This document shows positions 19,288 to 29,109 of a stretch of 64,000 nt of DNA, one piece after another (position 1 is the first letter of the stretch; each line of letters opens with the position of its first letter). The translations under genes and the position numbers were made by a program. Below the pieces are notes generated by a model. It saw nothing but the letters and a program-made list of their open reading frames with translations. It ran no database searches and was not told the origin of the DNA. This DNA comes from Minisyncoccota bacterium (GTDB taxonomy: Bacteria; Patescibacteriota; Minisyncoccia; Phycocordibacterales; Phycocordibacteraceae). Where the stretch lies: NCBI GenBank assembly GCA_041658485.1, contig JBBAAE010000003.1, forward strand, positions 10,300 through 74,299, given 5' to 3'.

Positions 19288-19956
19288 ATGTTCTATTCTG
19301 AACGTATGAACAGAAGAGTGGTTCAAGGGAGTGTCATGCAGTGGTTAGTGCTCACTCTAGCGATTGTGTGTTTTTTGTCCCTGTGGATTTTCAATCACCC
19401 TTCGGCGCTTGGCTTATTTTTTGATGATTCGGTACTTGTTGCAAACGCAAGCATTCCTGAAGGTTGGCGTGAATTTGATTCTACAAAACTTGGTATTTCT
19501 ATTTTATATCCACCAGAGTATGTCGCTGATTCTTCATCCGTACATACGGAACTTGGTTCGCGTCAAGGCAGTAAAGGGGTGCAGTTTAAAATTCCTAAGT
19601 CATACACAGAGGGAAACAATCTCTCGCATATCGATACCGGTGTTTCTGTAGAGATACTCCCTCGTGTAGCGCCATGTACGGGCACCAGTTTTGTTGAAGA
19701 GGGTTTGGTGTCGAAGACATTAAAAGAAAAAGGTACCACCTACTTAATGACAAAGACTGCTGGTGCTGGCGCAGGTAATCTCTATGAAGAAACCGTGTAT
19801 GTGATTTCAGGAAGTGTGCCTTGCACGGCAGTGCGCTACTTTTTCCACTCTACGAACATTGGCAACTATAGCCCCGGTACAGTAGAGGCGTTCGATAAGC
19901 AGGCGCTACTGAAAGAATTTGATGCAATTCGTTACTCGCTCGTACTAACTCGATAA
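19288..19956 (+). CDS. Hypothetical exported protein
   Basis: TM helix; GISILYP, GAGAGNLY motifs. Confidence 0.7.
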   Translation: MFYSERMNRRVVQGSVMQWLVLTLAIVCFLSLWIFNHPSALGLFFDDSVLVANASIPEGWREFDSTKLGISILYPPEYVADSSSVHTELGSRQGSKGVQFKIPKSYTEGNNLSHIDTGVSVEILPRVAPCTGTSFVEEGLVSKTLKEKGTTYLMTKTAGAGAGNLYEETVYVISGSVPCTAVRYFFHSTNIGNYSPGTVEAFDKQALLKEFDAIRYSLVLTR

Positions 19957-19975
19957 TTTAAAATTGATTCAACTT

Positions 19976-20449
19976 TTATTTCTTTACGTCATCAAACTCT
20001 CCGTGCTCCGGTAGATGTCCAACTTGTTTCAAAAGCATGGCGCGGAGTGTTTTTACAGCAAAGTAGAGTGCAAAGAGAAAGAGGATTGCTGTGGTTTCTC
20101 GGATGGCAAATAGTAAGAACGACTGTGAGTGATAGAAGTCAATCGCTGCCATTTCAAGGAGTAGTGCCCCCGTAGCAGACACTAGGGTATTGATTACCGC
20201 TACAGTTGGACTGTGGGGGTTTGTAAGGCCAGCGAGGAGAACGAGAAGGAGTGCACTTAAAAGTTCAAAGAATGTACCAAAAGGAAGAAGGTTTCCCCAG
20301 AGAGGAATAACCAGAACAGAGATTACTGCAATGGCAACAAAAATTCTACGAAGCGGGTCACCGTAGTAGTGTGCGACAATTATTTTTACTTTTCCCATTT
20401 GTCCAGATTGAACACCCGTATCCTTAGAATCTGTCTCAATATTGTTCAT
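19976..20449 (-). CDS. Hypothetical 4-TM membrane protein
   Basis: HYYGD..R motif, hydrophobic helices. Confidence 0.7.
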   Translation of the reverse strand: MNNIETDSKDTGVQSGQMGKVKIIVAHYYGDPLRRIFVAIAVISVLVIPLWGNLLPFGTFFELLSALLLVLLAGLTNPHSPTVAVINTLVSATGALLLEMAAIDFYHSQSFLLFAIRETTAILFLFALYFAVKTLRAMLLKQVGHLPEHGEFDDVKK

Positions 20450-20606
20450 ACATAACAATGGTATCACTGGTAGAGACTTTAAATACCGCCAATCCTCGGT
20501 GCGGTGGGAGTATCTGCATTAAAAAGGAGTTAAGAGGAAATCGAAGCGTTTTTTACTATACGCGTCTTCGTCGAAGTAAATTATCTCACAGGGTATACTT
20601 ACCGTA

Positions 20607-21830
20607 ATGCAGTCAAAAAATGTATTTGCAGTGTGCGCTATTTTCGCTCTCTTGCTGACCTTTGGTGGCATGGCAGTTTCTGTAGATGCTGCATCAAAGC
20701 CAAAAACTCAGAAACTTGAAGTTTCGGGATGGCTCCCATATTGGCGTAAGGCTACATCAACAGCAGATGCTTTACTGCATATAGATGCGTTTACTGAAAT
20801 CAATCCTTTTGGTTATTCGGTAAAAAATGACGGAACATTGTCCGACACTATGAAAATAGATGAGGCTCCATGGCCTGAACTTATTGCTACTGCAAAAGCA
20901 AAAAAAGTGCGAGTTATTCCCACGGTGATGTGGTCAAACGGCGAAGCTATACACCGAATACTCAGCAATACTAAAACTCGTATCGCTCTTGAGGATGAAA
21001 TTGCTGCTCTTGTGAAGAAAAAAGGTTTCGATGGTATTGATATTGATTTTGAAGGAAAGAAGGCAGAAACAAAAGAATATTTCGCATTGTTTCTCAAAGG
21101 TTTATATCAAAGAATGGGAAACAAATGGGTGACGTGTGACATAGAGGCACGTACTCCTGTGTCATCACGCTACGACAGCACTCCGCCAGCAGACGCCACT
21201 CTCTATGCGAACGATTACGTTGCTATCAATAAATATTGCGACCGTGTGCACATAATGACCTATGATCAAGGTGCGATAGACGTGAAGCTCAATAGGGCAG
21301 CAAACGGTGCCCCGTATGTGCCTGTATCCGACCCGAAATGGGTTGAGAAAGTAATCACACTTGCATCGCAGACGATTTCGAAGAAAAAAATTGTTATAGG
21401 GGTTGCAACGTATGGCTATGAATATACGGTAACGCCACTTTCTGAATATGGATATCGGTATGACTTACAGTGGGCATTCAATCAAAAGTACGCATACGAC
21501 CTTATTGCCCAATATCAACCTAAGGTAGAGAGAAATAGCGCGGGAGAAATGAGCTTCACATATGTTCCAAATGTATTACCGAGCACAACCACCAACTCAA
21601 ACATTGACCCTCTATTAAATCTCATTCCTATCGCAACGACTTCGTATTCCGACGGTGTCACGAGTCCAGTTGCCACTGTTCCGTCCTACAATATCGTGTG
21701 GTGGAGTGATGCGAATGCCATCGCAGACAAGGTAGCTCTCGCAAAGAAGTTGGGAGTTAGGGGTATTGCTATATTTAAAATTGACGGCGGGGAAGACCCA
21801 AGCCTTTGGGATGTCCTCAAGAAAATCTAA
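20607..21830 (+). CDS. Secreted glycoside hydrolase family 18
   Basis: Signal peptide; catalytic FDGIDIDFE; IMTYD. Confidence 0.85.
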   Translation: MQSKNVFAVCAIFALLLTFGGMAVSVDAASKPKTQKLEVSGWLPYWRKATSTADALLHIDAFTEINPFGYSVKNDGTLSDTMKIDEAPWPELIATAKAKKVRVIPTVMWSNGEAIHRILSNTKTRIALEDEIAALVKKKGFDGIDIDFEGKKAETKEYFALFLKGLYQRMGNKWVTCDIEARTPVSSRYDSTPPADATLYANDYVAINKYCDRVHIMTYDQGAIDVKLNRAANGAPYVPVSDPKWVEKVITLASQTISKKKIVIGVATYGYEYTVTPLSEYGYRYDLQWAFNQKYAYDLIAQYQPKVERNSAGEMSFTYVPNVLPSTTTNSNIDPLLNLIPIATTSYSDGVTSPVATVPSYNIVWWSDANAIADKVALAKKLGVRGIAIFKIDGGEDPSLWDVLKKI

Positions 21831-21884
21831 GTCTCGTCATTGGGATTTTGAGCACGGGCATTTTCGCTTTATTATAAGGGGTAC

Positions 21885-24830
21885 ATGGTTATACGGATTG
21901 ATGTCACACCTAAAATTCTGGATGCTCGGGCCGAAGTGAAGCTGAAAGCCTTTCGAGCACTTACAGGTTCAGTAGTTACAAAAGTGCACATTGTTGATTC
22001 GTATCTTATTGACGCGAAGCTCTCGCCGAGACAGGTGTCGCAGGTAGCGTACGCGCTTACTAACAGTGTGACTGAAGCGTCAACGGTGGGGTGCTCAGTC
22101 CCGCAGAAATTTGATTACGCTATTGAGATAGGATTCCTCCCAGGGGTTACTGATAATGTGGGCACCACTACCGAGCAGACAGCGGAAGATACGACCAAGC
22201 GTTCTTTTAAGGCAGGGGAGAAGGTGTACTCACTACAAGTATTTTTTATTGAAGGAGAATTGTCACGAGCACATGTAGAAAAAATTGCAGCGAGTTTACA
22301 TAACCCTCTTATTCAGTCTGCGCGGATATACGATTCGTCACTTAAAGGAAGAAAAACACTAACGAGTGTCCCTCGTGTTGCACTCGCCGGTTCATCTCGG
22401 GTACTCGAAGTGGATCTTGAGGTTAGCGATGAAGAGCTTCTCACTATAGGTACTCATGGAATTAAAAATGAGGATGGTACACACCGCGGTCCTTTAGCGC
22501 TTGATTTGGATGCACTCCACGCCATTCGTAATCATTTTCGGCACCTCCGTCGCAACCCAACTGATGTTGAACTCGAAGCATTGGCACAAACATGGTCAGA
22601 GCACTGCAAGCACACGATTTTTGCAAATCCGTTAGATTCTATTTCAGAAGGAATCTATAAGAAATATATTAAAGGAGCTACTGCAAAAATTCGCGCAAAG
22701 AAGGGAAAGAAAGATTTTTGTGTCTCAGTGTTTAAAGATAATGCAGGAGGAATTATATTTGATGAGAAATATGTGGTGACACATAAAGTAGAAACACATA
22801 ACAGTCCCTCAGCCTTAGATCCGTTTGGTGGAGCCATTACTGGTATTGTTGGTGTGAATCGAGACACGCTCGGGTTTGGGCTTGGTGCAAAACCAGTTGC
22901 AAATGTATATGGTTTTTGTTTCGCGTTCCCTGAAGACACACGAAAATTGTATAGGAATAAAAATCTAACGCAGGAGATGCTCCCACCAAAGCGCATAGCA
23001 GAGGGAGTTATTCAGGGAATTAATGCAGGTGGGAATCAGAGCGGTATTCCAACGCCAAACGGATTCATGCTATTTGACGATTCTTACAGAGGGAAGCCGT
23101 TGGTATTTGCAGGCACTGTAGGACTTATTCCAAAGAAAAACGGTAAACGAATTCTCTATGAGAAAAAGGCAAAATCAGGCGATTACATTGTCATGGTTGG
23201 TGGGCGAGTAGGCTTAGACGGTATTCATGGCGCAACGTTTTCGTCGGTGAGTTTAGATGCAGGAAGTCCTGCGACGGCTGTGCAGATTGGAGATGCTATC
23301 ACGCAAAAGAAATTCTCAGATGCTATTTGCAAGGAGGCAAGAGATTTGAATTTATATAACAGTATTACCGACAATGGTGCTGGCGGTTTGTCTTCTTCGG
23401 TTGCTGAAATGGCTCGAGAATCAAATGGGTGCAGAGTGGACCTTGAAAAGGTTCCGTTGAAATACCCAGGACTTCAGCCATGGCAAATATGGATTTCAGA
23501 ATCGCAGGAGCGCATGACGCTCTCGGTCCCTAAAGGAAAATGGAAGGCCTTTTCAAACTTGATGAAACGGCGGGACGTTGAGGCAACCGTCATAGGAGAG
23601 TTCACGCGCTCTGGCAGGTGTGTGGTTACGTACCAAAAAAAGAGTGTGATGGATTTGAAGCTCGAATTTTTGCATGATGGTTTGCCTAAAAAACAAATGC
23701 AGAGCAAAAAGCCCGAATGGGTTTTTGAAGAGCCTAAGCTCACTGAGCCTCAAGATTTTTCGAATCAAGTGATCTCACTTTTATCTCGCCACAATATTGC
23801 TTCGCATGAGTTTTTGGCACGACAATTCGATCATGAGGTGCAAGGTGGTTCCGTCATAAAACCAGTACAAGGTGCTGGTCGTGTTACAGGAGACGCGGGT
23901 GTGTTTCGTCCGCTCCTCTCCTCTAATCGGGGCGTTGTCTTGTCAAATGGAATTACGCCGTACTATGCAAATCTCGACCCTTACAAGATGGCTACTGCGT
24001 CAATTGACACTGCTATTCGGAATGCAATCGCGGTAGGAGCAACATTAGATCACCTAGCGATTCTCGATAACTTCTGTTGGGCATCATCAAACGAGCCTGA
24101 GCGCTTGTGGCAACTCAAAGAATCTGCACGAGCCTGCTACGATTTGGCAACTCTGTATGGAACGCCGTTCATTTCGGGTAAGGACAGCATGTTCAATGAT
24201 TTCAAGGGGTATGACGAAGATGGAGACTTTTTGAAAATTTCTATTCTGCCAACACTCTTGGTTTCCACTCTTGGTGTTATACAGAATGCTGAAAAGGCTA
24301 TTTCAATCGATGTAAAAAACTCTGGTGATAGCGTGTATGTTTTGGGAGAGACACATGATGAGCTTGGAGGCTCTGAATACTACCGCATGCTTGGAAGTAA
24401 GATTGGTGGGGAGGTGCCAGTTGTTGATGGTAAGAAAAACATGAAGCTCTACCGTGCGTTTACGCATGCTGGTGAGCTTGGGTTAGTAGCCTCTGCTATT
24501 TCTGTAGGAAGAGGAGGCCTTGCTGTTGCGCTTACTCGTATGAGTATGGCGGGCAAGCAGGGGCTTGATGTAAATCTTTCAGACATCGGGGGTGATGCAA
24601 AGCGTGTTGATTCAATTCTTTTCTCTGAATCACAAGGACGCATTGTTGCAACAGTCGCTCCTGAAAATGTTGAAAAATTCGAGCATATTTTTGCAGGTAC
24701 CGCCTTTCATAATGTTGGTACAGTTACGGATACTGGGAAGATTGCTATTGCATGTTCCAAGCACCATTCGGTACATTTTTCTGTCGAGCGAGCACTTCAG
24801 TCCTATCGTTCAACCTTTAAAAAATGGTAA
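21885..24830 (+). CDS. purL: FGAM synthase PurL (synthetase subunit) with N-terminal PurS-like extension
   Basis: QTWSEHCKH, KVETHNSPS..DPFGGA.TG, DNGAGGLSS, SESQERM, SGKDSM. Confidence 0.93.
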   Translation: MVIRIDVTPKILDARAEVKLKAFRALTGSVVTKVHIVDSYLIDAKLSPRQVSQVAYALTNSVTEASTVGCSVPQKFDYAIEIGFLPGVTDNVGTTTEQTAEDTTKRSFKAGEKVYSLQVFFIEGELSRAHVEKIAASLHNPLIQSARIYDSSLKGRKTLTSVPRVALAGSSRVLEVDLEVSDEELLTIGTHGIKNEDGTHRGPLALDLDALHAIRNHFRHLRRNPTDVELEALAQTWSEHCKHTIFANPLDSISEGIYKKYIKGATAKIRAKKGKKDFCVSVFKDNAGGIIFDEKYVVTHKVETHNSPSALDPFGGAITGIVGVNRDTLGFGLGAKPVANVYGFCFAFPEDTRKLYRNKNLTQEMLPPKRIAEGVIQGINAGGNQSGIPTPNGFMLFDDSYRGKPLVFAGTVGLIPKKNGKRILYEKKAKSGDYIVMVGGRVGLDGIHGATFSSVSLDAGSPATAVQIGDAITQKKFSDAICKEARDLNLYNSITDNGAGGLSSSVAEMARESNGCRVDLEKVPLKYPGLQPWQIWISESQERMTLSVPKGKWKAFSNLMKRRDVEATVIGEFTRSGRCVVTYQKKSVMDLKLEFLHDGLPKKQMQSKKPEWVFEEPKLTEPQDFSNQVISLLSRHNIASHEFLARQFDHEVQGGSVIKPVQGAGRVTGDAGVFRPLLSSNRGVVLSNGITPYYANLDPYKMATASIDTAIRNAIAVGATLDHLAILDNFCWASSNEPERLWQLKESARACYDLATLYGTPFISGKDSMFNDFKGYDEDGDFLKISILPTLLVSTLGVIQNAEKAISIDVKNSGDSVYVLGETHDELGGSEYYRMLGSKIGGEVPVVDGKKNMKLYRAFTHAGELGLVASAISVGRGGLAVALTRMSMAGKQGLDVNLSDIGGDAKRVDSILFSESQGRIVATVAPENVEKFEHIFAGTAFHNVGTVTDTGKIAIACSKHHSVHFSVERALQSYRSTFKKW

Positions 24831-24832
24831 TT

Positions 24833-25435
24833 ATGGATGATAAAAAGTTCTGGAAAGGAAGATGGAGAGGGAGTTTTATTCAGACACCCAATCCTTTTGC
24901 TAAACGTGCATATGTATTAATGAAAAAGAAATATGTAAAGCGAGTTCTCGATCTTGGATGTGGAGACGGTAGGGACTCAATATATTTTGCTCGTAAAGGA
25001 GTCGCCGTTGAGGCGTTTGATTTTTCTGAAAGTGGTATTGAATCCCTAAAGATGAAGAGTCCAAGCATTAAGGCGCACATTGGGGATATTCGAAAATTGC
25101 CATTTAAGAAAAATTCATTTGATGCTGTCTACGCACATCTCAGTTTGCATTATTTTTCTGATTCAGAAACCGAAAAAATATTCTCTAAGATACATGCAAT
25201 GTTGAAGAAAGGTGGGTTACTCTTTGTTAAGTGTAAATCAACTGATGATCCTCTGTTTGGAAAAGGAAAGAAAATCGCTGAAAATACCTATCGCAGTGGA
25301 CATGTACGGCATTTCTTCACAAAAGAATACATGGCACAAAAGCTCGACCTTTTTAAAGTTCTCCAACTTAAGAAAAGCTCTTCCGCATACGCATCCTCGA
25401 AGTCATCTTTCATAGAGGCGATTGCACAGAAATAA
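24833..25435 (+). CDS. Class I SAM-dependent methyltransferase
   Basis: VLDLGCGDGRD, FDAVYAHLSLHYF. Confidence 0.85.
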   Translation: MDDKKFWKGRWRGSFIQTPNPFAKRAYVLMKKKYVKRVLDLGCGDGRDSIYFARKGVAVEAFDFSESGIESLKMKSPSIKAHIGDIRKLPFKKNSFDAVYAHLSLHYFSDSETEKIFSKIHAMLKKGGLLFVKCKSTDDPLFGKGKKIAENTYRSGHVRHFFTKEYMAQKLDLFKVLQLKKSSSAYASSKSSFIEAIAQK

Positions 25436-25436
25436 T

Positions 25437-26225
25437 ATGAAAACCATTCCATCAAAAAAAGTTCGTGTTCTTGTCTTTTCCGGCTACGGTCTCAACTGCG
25501 AAGAAGAAGCGCGCTATGGCTTTGAGCTTGCAGGGGCAGATGCTGAAATTGTGCACATTAATGACATCATTGATGGGCATGTGAAGCTTGAAAAATATCA
25601 AATTCTCGCATTCCCTGGAGGCTTTGCGTATGGCGATGACACTGGTTCAGGTAAAGCATATGCAAATCGCGTTAAAAACCATCTCTCGAAGCCTTTGCAG
25701 AAATTTATAAAAGAAAAGAAACTGATTTTAGGTATCTGTAATGGCTTTCAAATCCTTACACAAATAGGACTTTTGCCAGGCGCGCTCACATTCAATGAGT
25801 CCAATCGCTATTCTGATAGATGGGTTGATATGGAAGTTGAGGGTACGAGCCCATGGCTTTCAGGGATTAAAAAACTATCAGCACCTATTGGACATGGAGA
25901 GGGGAGGTATGTAGCTGATGCAGATACTCTTCTCAATCTAAAGAAAAAAAATGAAGTAGCACTTCGCTATGTGAAAGGTGAGACGGCAACCTATCAAGAC
26001 TTGCCTGCAAACCCGAATGGCGCAACAGAAAATATTGCTGGCGTACTTTCCCATGAGGGAAGAGTGTTTGGTTTAATGCCACATCCCGACCGTGCGCTTT
26101 TTACAACAAATCTTCCGCATTGGACTGTCCTTAAGGAGAGTGCAAAGCGCTCGGGTGAAGTATTTCCTGAGTACGGCGCAGGTCTTCAGATATTTAAAAA
26201 TGGAGTTGAGTATTTCAAGAATTGA
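25437..26225 (+). CDS. purQ: FGAM synthase glutaminase subunit PurQ
   Basis: PGGFAYGD, LGICNGFQ, HGEG, NPNG, GLMPHPDR. Confidence 0.93.
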   Translation: MKTIPSKKVRVLVFSGYGLNCEEEARYGFELAGADAEIVHINDIIDGHVKLEKYQILAFPGGFAYGDDTGSGKAYANRVKNHLSKPLQKFIKEKKLILGICNGFQILTQIGLLPGALTFNESNRYSDRWVDMEVEGTSPWLSGIKKLSAPIGHGEGRYVADADTLLNLKKKNEVALRYVKGETATYQDLPANPNGATENIAGVLSHEGRVFGLMPHPDRALFTTNLPHWTVLKESAKRSGEVFPEYGAGLQIFKNGVEYFKN

Positions 26226-26410
26226 CTTCCCTCAAGCTGTTGATACGATTAATATATGATTTTGTATTTTGTAGCAACCAGCGCAATGTTAATGGTAATG
26301 ATGTTCTCAATGAGAAGGCTGGTTTTGCGTACGATACACATTTAGTTCACAAAGCCCTCGGACAAAACCAGCCTTCGCCCAACGAGGGCTTTTTTAAATC
26401 AAAAATAATC

Positions 26411-26602
26411 ATGTCAGCAGAATCACAAAAAGATAATCGAATCGATGTTGAAGCCGTTTGTAGTATATGCAATGGTACGGGCTACAAAAGTAAAAAGCAC
26501 AGAGAGTATTACATACCCGGTAATCCTGCATTACATCTAGAGATACATAATGTGCCGTGTCCAAAGGGTTGTTTGGGAAAAATTCTGTATCCTAACGGAT
26601 AG
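26411..26602 (+). CDS. 63-aa zinc-finger microprotein
   Basis: CSICNGTG ... CPKGC.G (DnaJ-type CxxCxGxG); ATG 26411. Confidence 0.55.
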   Translation: MSAESQKDNRIDVEAVCSICNGTGYKSKKHREYYIPGNPALHLEIHNVPCPKGCLGKILYPNG

Positions 26603-26627
26603 TTGGTTACATTTAATATCCATTTGG

Positions 26628-26801
26628 CTAGAATTTTTGTCGACGCCTGTCACGCTCAGTACGAATGCGTTTTTTGAACTCAGCAAAATTCTCAATAAGT
26701 TTTTCTGCTTCAATTAAAAGCCCTTCGAGTGCAGTGGTTTCTATTCCACTGAATAACGGATCAGGCTCTCCAAGGTTTTTGCGTTCTTTTCGTCCACTCA
26801 T
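26628..26801 (-). CDS. 57-aa helical microprotein (not in ORF track)
   Basis: MSGRKERKNLGEPDPLFSGIETTALEGLLIEAEKLIENFAEFKKRIRTERDRRRQKF*. Confidence 0.45.
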   Translation of the reverse strand: MSGRKERKNLGEPDPLFSGIETTALEGLLIEAEKLIENFAEFKKRIRTERDRRRQKF

Positions 26802-26871
26802 AGTCTGCGGATACTACGGTATACCCTCTATTGGGTCAAATAATTAAGCCTGCTATAATTAAAGAATAAAT

Positions 26872-27396
26872 ATGGCACAAGCACAGGTGGGTATCATTAT
26901 GGGATCGGATTCGGATTTACCGGTCATGAAGGTAGCACTTGAAGTACTCCATGATTTAGGAATTGAATCAGAAATAACGGCACTCTCAGCTCATCGTGCA
27001 CCTGAGGCAGTTGCTGAATATGCTAAGACTGCAGTCGAGAGGGGACTAAAAGTGATTATTGCGGGAGCAGGTGTTGCCGCACATTTGCCAGGGGTCATTG
27101 CTGCATTCACCCCGCTTCCAGTCATTGGGGTCCCTATAAAAAGTTCTGGCACTGCAGGAATAGATTCACTATTCGCCATCGCACAAATGCCACCGGGAGT
27201 TCCTGTTGCAACTGTTGCAATAAACGGTGCAAAGAATGCAGGTATCTTAGCCGCTCAAATGATTGGTACTGGTGATTCCGCTATCCGTGAAAAAATTTCT
27301 GCATTCAAAGCAAAGTTAGAAAAAGAAGTTTTAGAGAAAGCACAAAAATTGGAAGAAAAAGGATTTGAACGATACATAAAAGAAAACCTCTCCTAA
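26872..27396 (+). CDS. purE: N5-CAIR mutase PurE
   Basis: IMGSDSD, SAHR, AG.AAHLPG, PVIGVP, QMPPGVPVATV. Confidence 0.95.
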   Translation: MAQAQVGIIMGSDSDLPVMKVALEVLHDLGIESEITALSAHRAPEAVAEYAKTAVERGLKVIIAGAGVAAHLPGVIAAFTPLPVIGVPIKSSGTAGIDSLFAIAQMPPGVPVATVAINGAKNAGILAAQMIGTGDSAIREKISAFKAKLEKEVLEKAQKLEEKGFERYIKENLS

Positions 27397-27442
27397 TCCT
27401 AATGGCCCTTAGAGTTTGCCACCAGCTCCTCTTTTTTCCTTA

Positions 27443-27469
27443 TGGACACATTCGTACGAATGGTAGAAT
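27443..27469 (+). promoter_or_regulatory. Promoter with palindromic operator CATTCGTACGAATG (27449-27462)
   Basis: TGGACA, then the palindrome, then TGgTAGAAT extended -10, upstream of the ArsR gene. Confidence 0.6.
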
Positions 27470-27511
27470 AAGGAGGTAGAGGTATAGGAATAATGAAGGA
27501 GGTAGAAATAT

Positions 27512-27778
27512 ATGAATGAAAAAGAATTGGAAAAGATTTTTAAAGCGTTTGCAAATCGTCGCCGACTTTTAATCGTTAAATTTTTGAAAAAGCATAAAGA
27601 AGCCTCAGTAGGGGAGGTTGCAAGAGAAATTAAACTTTCTTTCAAATCAACCTCTCGGCACTTAAGTGTTCTTGCGGGTGCGGGCATTCTTGATCGGGAA
27701 CAAAAAAGTATTCATATGTATTATTCAATTACGCCCACTATCCCTGAAGTCGCTCGTCGTATTCTTACCCTTCTATAG
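27512..27778 (+). CDS. ArsR/SmtB-family transcriptional regulator
   Basis: FKAFANRRRLLI, SVGEVA..IKLS..STSRHL..L..AG; SD AAGGAGGT. Confidence 0.88.
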   Translation: MNEKELEKIFKAFANRRRLLIVKFLKKHKEASVGEVAREIKLSFKSTSRHLSVLAGAGILDREQKSIHMYYSITPTIPEVARRILTLL

Positions 27779-27825
27779 ACACGATACATTCACCCATTCG
27801 TACGAATGGGTGAATGTATCGTGTC
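27778..27825. repeat. 48-bp perfect palindrome containing a second operator-like core
   Basis: GACACGATACATTCACCCATTCGT|ACGAATGGGTGAATGTATCGTGTC. Confidence 0.9.
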
Positions 27826-27961
27826 GTGTCGTGCTGTGATGTGATGTGGCTTGGCTTCGGGTGGGGTGGATTTAGGGTATATGGATGAGTGGTGGTGATC
27901 TGGTGTTGGAGGAACGTAAGGTGTTCTTAAATAAGGAGGGGTTTTGCGATATAGTAGGGGC

Positions 27962-29089
27962 ATGAGCGCTGACCAATCCGCATACGCAAAAGCTGGAGTT
28001 GATTATACAAAGTTAGAGCCTTTCAAGCAGGCGATGATAGCAGCAGGAAAACGAACGACCTCGTTCCCTAATAAGAGAAATGTTTTTATTGCAGAAGACG
28101 TGATGCACGCACATGGTGCGGTGTATGAGTATCGGGGTACGGAGGAGCACATTTGGTGCACCACACAGGAAGGTCTTGGAAACAAAAACTGGATTGCTGA
28201 ATGGATGTATCAGCATGAAGGGACTGGCAAAACCTACTACGACGCGATTGCTATTGATACGGCGCTCATGATTGTGAACGACGTCATTGCACAAGGAGCG
28301 ATGCCAGTGGTTTTTTGTGATCACATTGATGTGGGAACGAGTGAGTGGTTTGCAGACGATAAGAGAAATAAAGATTTAGCGGAAGGTTTTTATAAAATTT
28401 GTGAAGAGGTGGGTATGGCGCTTCCTGCAGGAGAGTCAGCACCACTGAAGTACCTTTTGAAATCAGAACCTCCGGTAACATCCGCACCTTCTCTTTCAGG
28501 TTCGGTGACTGGCATCATCTCTCCAAAGAGTCGTCTTATAACCGGGAAAAAGCTTGGGGCAGGGGATCACATCATTGCTGTTGCATCGTCGGGGCTTCAT
28601 TCGAACGGCGTTTCATTAGTTATTCAAAAAGCACTTGAGCTCCCAGAAAAGTTTTTAACGAAACTCCCGAACGGCAATACACTCGGTGCAGAAGCTCTAA
28701 TTCCTACACGCTCATACGTTGCACTCATTGAAGCTCTGCTTGAAGCAGGTATTGATATTCATGCACTGTTGCCAGGGACAGGCGATGGTGTAGGTAAGCT
28801 CGCGTTTGATAAGCGAGCCTTCACATACCGTGTGCACTCGTGGCTTAAGGTTCCAGACCTCTTTATGTATTTCAAAGATGTGCTCAATGTTCCTCTCAAA
28901 GACTGCCTAAAAACTTTCAACTGGGGTGCAGGGTATTACATTTTTGCCTCGGATGAGGAGGTGGAAAAAATAATTTCCATTGGTACCAAGGCTGGTTATA
29001 CACTGGCAGACGTCGGGGTAGTAGAAGAAGGGAAGCGAGAAGTGATTTTTGAACCTGAAAATATAACCCTCCCTCCTCCTGGGGAATAA
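27962..29089 (+). CDS. purM: AIR synthetase PurM (divergent)
   Basis: YAKAGVD, VND.IAQGA.P, GE.A, SSGLHSNG, TFNWGAG. Confidence 0.85.
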   Translation: MSADQSAYAKAGVDYTKLEPFKQAMIAAGKRTTSFPNKRNVFIAEDVMHAHGAVYEYRGTEEHIWCTTQEGLGNKNWIAEWMYQHEGTGKTYYDAIAIDTALMIVNDVIAQGAMPVVFCDHIDVGTSEWFADDKRNKDLAEGFYKICEEVGMALPAGESAPLKYLLKSEPPVTSAPSLSGSVTGIISPKSRLITGKKLGAGDHIIAVASSGLHSNGVSLVIQKALELPEKFLTKLPNGNTLGAEALIPTRSYVALIEALLEAGIDIHALLPGTGDGVGKLAFDKRAFTYRVHSWLKVPDLFMYFKDVLNVPLKDCLKTFNWGAGYYIFASDEEVEKIISIGTKAGYTLADVGVVEEGKREVIFEPENITLPPPGE

Positions 29090-29109
29090 AATAGGCTAAA
29101 ATAATTTAT

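Noticed and set aside
21831-21884. Purine riboswitch or PurR box ahead of purL
   Set aside because: The intergenic gap is only ~54 nt with a -10-like hexamer close to the ATG; there is no room and no motif.
26222-26410. 126-aa ORF starting at TTG 26222
   Set aside because: The upstream part overlaps the purQ stop and a terminator-like hairpin (~26351-26395); the Cys-motif portion from ATG 26411 is the credible gene.
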